Assembly: GCF_009914755.1 (NCBI RefSeq)
Contig: NC_060925.1
Direction: 5' to 3' (one strand)
Source: the human T2T-CHM13v2.0 reference genome, Homo sapiens
DNA length: 64,000 bases
In this document: positions 56,328 through 64,000 of the stretch, one piece after another
How positions within the stretch are numbered: position 1 is the stretch's first letter
How the letters are laid out: every line of letters begins with the position of its first letter
Notes under the pieces: model-generated
What the model was told of the DNA's origin: nothing
What the model saw: the letters and a program-made list of their open reading frames with translations, nothing else
The model's database searches: none
Translations under genes and position numbers: made by a program

Positions 56328-56730
56328 TGTCTTACTCTGTTTTCTGTTGCTATAACAGAATACCCGAGACTGGGTAATTTATCAAGGAAAGAGGTTTATT
56401 TAGCTCATGGTTCTTGGGGCTGGATGGTCCAAGATTGGGCGACTGTATCTGGTGAAGGGCTTGTGCTACTTCATAGTATGGTGATAGTTGCTTCTGGAAG
56501 AACAGAAGGGCAAGTGAGTGCCTCCAAAAGCAGAGAGGAGACAAAGTGCCCTGACCTGCTTTATCATAACCTGCTCTCCAGAGAAATAAACCCAGTGTTG
56601 TGAAAACTGCATTCATCTCTTTGTGAAGGACCCAAACACTTCCCACTAAGCCCTACCTCTGAACACTGCAGCAATGAGGGATTAAGGTTCCAACACGTGA
56701 ACTTTTGAGGGACACACTTAAATCATAACA
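56328..56730 (-). mobile_element. MaLR LTR (MST-type)
   Basis: tgtcttactctgttttctgttgctataacagaatac...gagactgggtaatttat...aaatcataaca. Confidence 0.8.
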
Positions 56731-56996
56731 GGTAGTTATTTCCTGAGGATTAAAGCAGTTTCACAGACAGATGAAGAAGAACTTTTTCTTCTATTACTTA
56801 GTAATCGACCAGGAGACCTATTCTTTGAAAGAGAATATTCTTTGGTTCCAGTACACATGGTGGGGGCGGGAATCCATGAACTAAAATGGGCTAATGACAG
56901 TGATGGCAGACCTAAGATTCTTTTTCCCTCCAAAGCCATCCCCAAATCCCTTAAGACCTATACTTCCAAGCCTCACCTGTCTGTGTCTCTTTGCAG

Positions 56997-57712
56997 TGGC
57001 AGTGACCCTGGACCCAGACACAGCACATCCCAAACTCATCCTTTCTGAGGACCAAAGATGTGTAAGGCTTGGAGACAGACGGCAGCCTGTACCTGACAAC
57101 CCCCAGAGATTTGATTTCGTTGTCAGCATCCTAGGCTCTGAGTACTTCACGACTGGCTGCCACTACTGGGAGGTGTATGTGGGAGACAAGACCAAATGGA
57201 TTCTTGGAGTATGTAGTGAGTCAGTGAGCAGGAAGGGGAAGGTTACTGCCTCACCTGCCAATGGACACTGGCTTCTGCGACAGAGTCGTGGGAATGAGTA
57301 TGAAGCTCTCACATCCCCGCAGACCTCCTTCCGCCTTAAAGAGCCTCCACGGTGTGTGGGGATTTTCCTGGACTATGAAGCAGGAGTCATCTCTTTCTAC
57401 AATGTGACCAACAAGTCCCACATCTTTACTTTCACCCACAATTTCTCTGGCCCCCTTCGCCCTTTCTTTGAACCTTGCCTTCATGATGGAGGAAAAAACA
57501 CAGCACCTCTAGTCATTTGTTCAGAACTACACAAATCAGAGGAATCAATTGTCCCCAGGCCAGAAGGGAAAGGCCATGCTAATGGAGATGTGTCCCTCAA
57601 GGTGAACTCTTCTTTACTACCCCCGAAGGCCCCAGAGCTGAAGGATATAATCCTGTCCTTGCCCCCTGACCTTGGCCCAGCCCTTCAGGAGCTCAAGGCT
57701 CCTTCTTTTTAG
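56997..57712 (+). CDS. ERMAP: ERMAP last exon, B30.2 (PRY/SPRY) domain
   Basis: VTLDPDTAHPKLILSED...HYWEVYVG...VGIFLDYEAGVISFYNV; TAG at 57710-57712. Confidence 0.98.
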
Positions 57713-58907
57713 GGATATGCCACATTACCTGCTCCCATCACCATCCAGCCCAGCACCCTGGACTTCAGTCGCCTGGCCCAACCCCATGATTATGGAACGT
57801 CTCTTCACCTTAACCCAAATCCAGACCCTTTTGTGGTTTCTATTTGTACCACTTTTCTCCCAGGCCTCAGTTCTGAAGCTTACCTTTCTTCTAAGGAATT
57901 GAAGCTCCCAGTGACCTGGAGGGAGGATTCCTGGAAACCAAACAATCAGTTTAGGTGCAGGTGGAGATGTTGAATATGTGTTACCAAGATACAGCACAGG
58001 TTCAGGGAAAAGAGTTCGCTACTCCAGGGGTTATTTAGAAGACACTTTCTCTGCCTCATCCTGCCCTCAAGCTTTAGTCAAGAAGTTATGGCCCCCAGTC
58101 CCTGACTTCTTACTTATCCCATTGAGGACTGCCTTTCTCTCTCTCAGTTCTGGCCTCTGCCCCCCAAAGTCAGCTCTCTAAAAGCAAGCATGTTTTTAGA
58201 CCACTCACTCTTTCCCTCTTTCTTCAGGAATGAATTGGGAAAGGCTGATGAGTAAAACATACCATCCTTTTCTATTTTCTTGATGCTGTTTACAACATAG
58301 TTTGGTGATATCCAGAGCTAATGTACATGCTTTCAAAAGCTAATCTGCCTGTTGATGATAACTAGGTACAGCGACTTTAAATACAGTTGCTATAATCCTG
58401 AAAAGCCCCAGGAGCACATCAGGGAGCTGGGAAACACAGTTGCAGAGAACTCAGCTGTATGTTGCCCTCTGACCTTGGCCCAGACCTTCAGAGGCTCAGT
58501 CTGTTGAGTCTGTTGTGACTGTCTTATGAATCAATCTGTTGTGCCAACCCTTTCTGAGATTCAGAGAGGTCCAGCTAGAAAAAGTGGCAGTTTTAACCAC
58601 CAACGTAGAAGCTTTTTTTTCCCCACAAGACCATTGTACTGCAATACTTGACTATTTGTGTAGCAAACAGCCTCTTAGGTTGGAGAGTATTGATTTCAAA
58701 TAGGAAGTTGGTAGACTAGGTGTGAGGATGAAATAATGACCTTGATTTTTGGGTGTGTATTGCAGAAGCCTCGTCGCTTTCAAGTCACATCATATATGCG
58801 ATCTGGCCTAACCATGGAGATATTGGTTATCAGTTTGCAGATGAATACACAGTTCTATCCAACAGAAACTGTATCTTTCTGTTTGTCAGAAGTTCTCCGT
58901 TAGTTCC

Positions 58908-59403
58908 TGTATTAGTCAAGGTTTTCCAGAGAAACAGAATCAATATATATTGGGGCAGGGGGGCGGTGGTTATTATAAGGAATTGGCTCACGTGATTATG
59001 GAGGCGGTTAAATCCCAAGATCTGCAGGATAAGTCAGCAAGATGGAGTCCCATGAGAGCTGATGGTTTAGTTCCAGTCTGATGGCAGCAGGCTTGACGCC
59101 AAGGAAGAGATGATGTTTAATTCAAGTCCGAAGGCAAGGAAAAAGCTGATGGTCCTGTCCAAAGGCTATTAGGCAGGAAGAATTCTCTTAGGGCAGAGTT
59201 AGCTCTTTTGTTCTATTCAGGCCTTCAACTGATTCAGCAAGGCCCGCCCACATTTGGGAGGACAGTCTGCATTACTCAGTCTACTGATTTGAATGTTAAT
59301 GTCATTGAGAAACACCCTCACAGGAACACTCAGAATAATGTTTGACCAAATAGCTGGGCATCTTGTGACCCAGTTAAGTGGATACATAAGATTAACTATC
59401 ACA
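58908..59403 (-). mobile_element. MLT2 (ERVL) solo LTR within the ERMAP 3'UTR
   Basis: Minus strand starts tgtgatagttaatcttatgtatccacttaactgggtc; plus strand starts tgtattagtcaaggttttccagagaaacagaa. Confidence 0.85.
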
Positions 59404-59445
59404 GTGACTCAGTGGAATTTTTTGTTTGCTTTTGTACAGTTTTAA

Positions 59446-59451
59446 AATAAA
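59446..59451 (+). terminator. ERMAP: ERMAP polyadenylation signal
   Basis: AATAAA followed by a GU/U-rich tract, with a TGTA upstream at 59433. Confidence 0.75.
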
Positions 59452-59749
59452 AGTTTGGTATTTGTGTTTTGGTATGCTGTTATTTTCATTGTGAATGAGG
59501 AGTTGTGGGGAAGGTAAGAGATTGGTTTCCAAAGAGCTTTGAGTCCCCCAAGGCAAGGTTTAGCCACCGTTCATACTAAAGCCATAGTTTTATTCCTGAG
59601 TCTGCTCTCTAGTATTTTATTTTATCAATTTATAAACAAATAGTGTTCATAAGGCACACATATTTCACTCAACCATATTCAGTTCCAAACATGCATTCCT
59701 GAATATCCCAATCTTAAAACTAACTCACATTGTCAGCTTGTGGAGGCAG

Positions 59750-60195
59750 AATACATGCATACATATACACATACATACATGAATATACATATAATATACA
59801 CACACATATGCATACATACACATATACACATGTATACATGTATGTGTATATACATATCTGTACTACATAGGTGTATATATATGTATATGTATTTAGCATG
59901 TATGCACGTGTATATGTATACACATATATACATATGTATGTATAATACATATTCACACATGTATGCATGTATATACACATGTATACATTAGTATATGTAT
60001 ATACACATGTATGTGTATTATACATGTATATATGTACATACATATCAGTCTACTGATTTGAATATTAATGTCATCAAGAAATAACCTCAATATATGTATG
60101 TATTATAACCTTACAACTATATAAAACATACATACATATATATGTATATATGTATACACATACACATGCATGAGAATATATGTATGTATATATAA
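59750..60195. repeat. (TACA/TATG)n low-complexity microsatellite
   Basis: Direct inspection. Confidence 0.93.
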
Positions 60196-60789
60196 TATCC
60201 TCACAGTAATTCTGCCAGGGATTTTATGGGGGAGGGAGTTGGTACTCCAAATGGCTAGGTGGTAGAGCCAGAGTTTTATACTTGGTTTATCTAGCTCTGA
60301 AGGCAATGCTCCTTGTTCTTTGCACTGAAACATTGTGCAGATACGAGAAGCCTGTAGTTTACGTATTTCATTAGCCTTTTATTATTTTAAAAAATAAAAC
60401 CTGAAAAAAAAGACCTAGTCCTGGATACTTTGGTGATCTTGTTGTGTCTGGATTGACGAACACGTGTCAGGCTTAATTAGGGATGCACGCGGAACCCGGG
60501 AAAATCCCTGCTCAGGGGGGCTGGAAGACCTGGAGGTTGATCCTTGAACAGGGTACTTTTAGCTTCTCCGATAAGGAGATTGGGTTATTTTATCTTTAAA
60601 CTCCCTTCCAGCTCTACCCTCCTTTGATTTTAAGTTATAAACCTTGAGTGAGGTGCCAGACTCTAGGCTTCGTTGGACGTCTACAGGACGGTCAAGGATT
60701 ACCAACTCAAAGTAAAGAAGGAAATTTGAGTACTTGCCCCCTTGGAGGTTGTGTAGGTTGGCTATACAGATTCTACAACTTCCCAGACG

Positions 60790-61520
60790 AGTGGCCCTGA
60801 GACTTGGGGCTGAACGCGCGAGCACGGAAAGAAATCCCACCGTAGGACGGAACCCAGTCTCTTCAGCTCCATCCTAAACTTCGCAAGTTTTCTCTGAGTC
60901 TACGCGCTTCCTTAGGACTACAACTCCCAGCATGCCACGCCAGCGGTCAAAGCTTATTGGTGGTCCCGCCAGGTCGCTTGCGTTGTGGCAGTCATGGTAG
61001 CCAATGGAAATAAAGAATTATCCCAAGAAACCAATCCTGGAGTAGTAGGGCGGATCCTTCCTGGGTTCCGGCTCCGGCTCCAGCTCCTTCCCTCGCCTAC
61101 AGAGGCGGCGCTGTCCCTGATCGAGCGGCGGGAGCGAGGTGGGTCCGGGTTGGGCCCGAGGTCGCGGGGGGAGGCGGACACGACTTCGCGGGAAACTCTG
61201 TACACGGCCACTTCCCTCTCACCGAGGATCTGGATGCTGCTGCTTTGCTCCCTGGACCGAGTGGGAAGCCAAGGGGCCTTGTGGTCCCTCCGCCGCGACC
61301 CTCGGCCCTGGCCCCCGGCCCACGCAGCCAGGTGGCTGTCCCCAACCCATTCCCCGGCCCTTCTGTTGGGTTTGAGTATACAGCCTTCCTGCCGCTGACC
61401 ATACGTTTAGGATCAGCCCCTCCTCCTCTCCCACCTCTCTGGCCCCAAGCCCGCCGGCAATCTCTGAAACCAGCTCTTGTACCCTTGGACCTCCGCCATT
61501 GGCTTCTCCCCGCCCCGCAA
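60790..61520 (+). promoter_or_regulatory. ZNF691: CpG-island promoter (ZNF691 by synteny) with ZNF143/THAP11 motif, CCAAT boxes and an E2F-like site
   Basis: ACTACAACTCCCAGCATGCC at 60917-60936; CCAAT/ATTGG at 60956, 61001 and 61031; TTCGCGGGAAA at 61185-61195; donor GAG|GTGGGT at 61138. The gene name comes from recalled gene order, not from coding sequence in the window. Confidence 0.75.
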
Positions 61521-63431
61521 CACACAACTCAGCTCTTGGGCCCTGGCCTGTGACACTTCTGGCAGCCTTTGCTTCCTCTTCCCTGACCGTCTCCTGCGAC
61601 CCTCTGACTTCCTTGGTCCTCCTGTATCTCTGACCCGTTATCTAGCTTCCCTGTACAATTACCCTGTTAGCACCTTGCTCTTGGTCTTTCATAGCTCCTC
61701 TCTCCTCTTCCTCCCTGCAGCCCTTGACTTGGCCCCAAAGACCTGTAACTTCGGACCTCCATACCGCACTATGGCTTGGCCCCTTGCCTTTAACCTAGGC
61801 GCTTCACCTTCATCATCTGTGATCACTAGCCCCATCTTCTTGGCTCTTAACTTCTTAGACCTGGCCCCTCCTCCACTTCTCAGCCCCTTCCACCGTTGCT
61901 TCTCTCTGTGCAGCTGAGCCACCAGGAAGACAAAGCCCAATAGACCCCTTTTCCCCCCAGATCTCTGCAGTGTGATATGAAAGTGCCTCTGTACTTCAGC
62001 TGCACTGTCTTCTCAGTAGGTAGTTGCCTCTTTATCTCTGCAAGTCCCAGTCTTACCCATCCTGCAAACCTTAGGTCAAATACCTACTCCTCCTTGAAAC
62101 TTCTCAGCCCTGATTTCATCAGGGAGATACATCTGTATCATGTGAACTTCAGTGGTACTGTTTTTATTTCCTTCCTTCCCGTCTTCTCTCCTTTTTTCCT
62201 TCAGTAATAGTATAATGGTTAAAAGCACTGACTTTGAAGTGATGGGCATAGGCCCCAGTTCTGCCACTTACTTGCTGTGTGCCCTTGGGCAAGATACTTA
62301 ATTTCTCTGAGCCTCAGCTTTCTCATCTCTAAAATAAGGATGATGTGAAGTGAAATTAGATGATTCATATATGGTCCTTAGTCCACAGCTTAGCACTTGA
62401 TTCGAGCTTTAAAAAAATGTTAATAATGTGCCAGGTGCTGTGTTAGACACTGAGGAGTGGGTACAAAGGTGACTAAGGCACAGTTCCTGCCCCTGTCCCC
62501 TGAACTTAACCTTCTGCATTGTATGACAATTTCTGGAGTTCACGGTCTGTTTCAGTACACTGTATCACAAACTGAGTGGTAATCATAATCCTAAATCCTT
62601 TTGCTCTTACATTGACCTAGCATCCAGCCCCGGGTAGAGCTGGAACTTGGTAAATTATAGGTTCTCAGAATAGCAGTTTCGGAAGTGAGTGGAGGCTGAA
62701 TAGCTCATTGCATAGAGATACTGTAGCTGTAGGTCAGATGGGAGCAGGGCAGGGGGTGGGGGATGGGATGGTGGCGTGAATTAAGATCACATCCTGTCAC
62801 TTATACATTCAAAAGACATTTGAGCACCCAGCTTTATGCTGCAGAAGGAGATTACTAATATGACCCAGTCCCTTTCCTCAAGTTGCTTATAAACTACTAA
62901 TAGAAACAGACATGTTCTACTAGTAGTTGCAAACCACTATAAGCCAAGCACAAGATTCTGTGACTGCATAAAGGAGAAAGTAGGCAGGAATCAGGAGATT
63001 GCTGAGGAAAAGTGGGTGAGACAGTTCATGGTTACTTGTGTCCCATGAAGACAGAGCTGGTGTTTTATTCAACTCATTCAACAAATACTTATGAAGGATC
63101 TACTGTATATGGCTGCCACTACTCTAGGAGTTTTGGTTACATTGGTAAATTAAAAAAAAAACAAAAAAACAACAAAGACACCAGCTCTCATGGAACTTAT
63201 GTTTTAGGGAAGCAGACAATAAATAATAGACATAAAGAGAATGTCAGAAGGTAAGATGTGCTATGGGGCAGGAGGACTGGGAGTGTGGGAGTGATTTTAA
63301 TTTTTTAAAGGATGGTCAGGAAACAGTGTCTAAGTATCAAGGAATAGTTTCTCATGTTTACTTGCATTTTTGGAAGTAAAGCAAACCAATTATTTTTCAT
63401 ATTCTTATCTAAATTCTTCAAGGAACACTAA

Positions 63432-63640
63432 CAGGGATTGGCAAACCACAGCTCACCTCCTGTTGCTTTAAATAAAGTTTTATTAGAGCACAGCCACACA
63501 TTCCTTTATGTCTTGTCTATGGCTGCTTTCATGATTCATGATACAGTGGCAGAATTGAATAGTTACAGCAGATATCCCATGGCCATAAATATTTACTAAA
63601 TATTATCTGGCCCTTTACAGAAAAAGCTTGTCAACCTCTG
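63432..63640 (+). mobile_element. MER58-like hAT MITE
   Basis: cagggattggcaaac...aataaagttttattagagcacagccac...gcttgtcaacctctg. Confidence 0.75.
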
Positions 63641-63772
63641 GTTCTTAAAGAGTTGAGGTTCTGTCTGTATTTCACATTTTAGAAGGTTATATACAGTTTT
63701 ATGCTATTTTTAAGTTAAAAGTTTTTTCTTAATGAGATCATTTAAAAGATCTTTTTCTTGTATTCTTCACAG

Positions 63773-63895
63773 GGCCTGGACGTAGTGTCTTCAACAGTTG
63801 TAACAGCAGCTGCCATTTGCTGAATGACAGCATGTGTCACACACTCTGCTGAGTATTACAGGCATTTTTTTCTAATACAAAGTCTTGTAGTGTGG
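63773..63895 (+). other. ZNF691: Probable non-coding exon 2 of the downstream gene (ZNF691)
   Basis: Strong polypyrimidine acceptor ttcttcacag|G and donor TGG|GTAGGT. Confidence 0.5.
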
Positions 63896-64000
63896 GTAGG
63901 TATCACAATTTTAGTGAAGAGGGAGTTTAGGCTCAGAGTGGTTGAATAATTTGCAGAGAGCGATAAAGATAGTATGTGTCACAGTTGTAATCCAACCCTA

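Noticed and set aside
56894-57712. 272-aa ORF as a standalone B30.2 protein
   Set aside because: It is the ERMAP last exon plus in-frame intron sequence; a strong acceptor lies at 56996.
59720-60333. Tyr/Ile/His/Met-rich ORFs
   Set aside because: Microsatellite translation artefacts, as at 22522-23481.

Overview
Human genomic DNA: it is Alu/L1/MIR/LTR-rich and carries a human-specific AluYb-lineage element. I recognise it from its proteins as the TMEM269 - SVBP - ERMAP interval (1p34.2), ending in a CpG-island promoter that by synteny should belong to ZNF691. I reconstructed three spliced CDSs by hand from GT-AG boundaries. TMEM269 is on the + strand (5 coding exons, 612 nt, 203 aa). SVBP is on the - strand (2 coding exons, 201 nt, 66 aa). 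ERMAP, the Scianna blood-group gene, is on the + strand (10 coding exons, 1428 nt, 475 aa). The most interesting unannotated-looking signals are: (1) a decayed butyrophilin IgC exon inside an ERMAP intron; (2) a CDP-alcohol phosphotransferase (PssA/Cho1-like) signature in TMEM269 with exact spacing but six conserved residues each replaced by a single-base change, suggesting a pseudoenzyme; (3) short copies of nearby L1, Alu and LTR sequence embedded in two separate TA-rich microsatellites; (4) tandem uORFs with a TGATG overlap plus a beta-globin-like erythroid promoter in the ERMAP 5' region; (5) a retrocopy fragment and a local 3'UTR duplication inside SVBP; (6) a HERV-K(HML-3) solo LTR nested in an AluY. 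Repeat subfamily names are from memory of consensus sequences and repeat boundaries are approximate unless a TSD is quoted.
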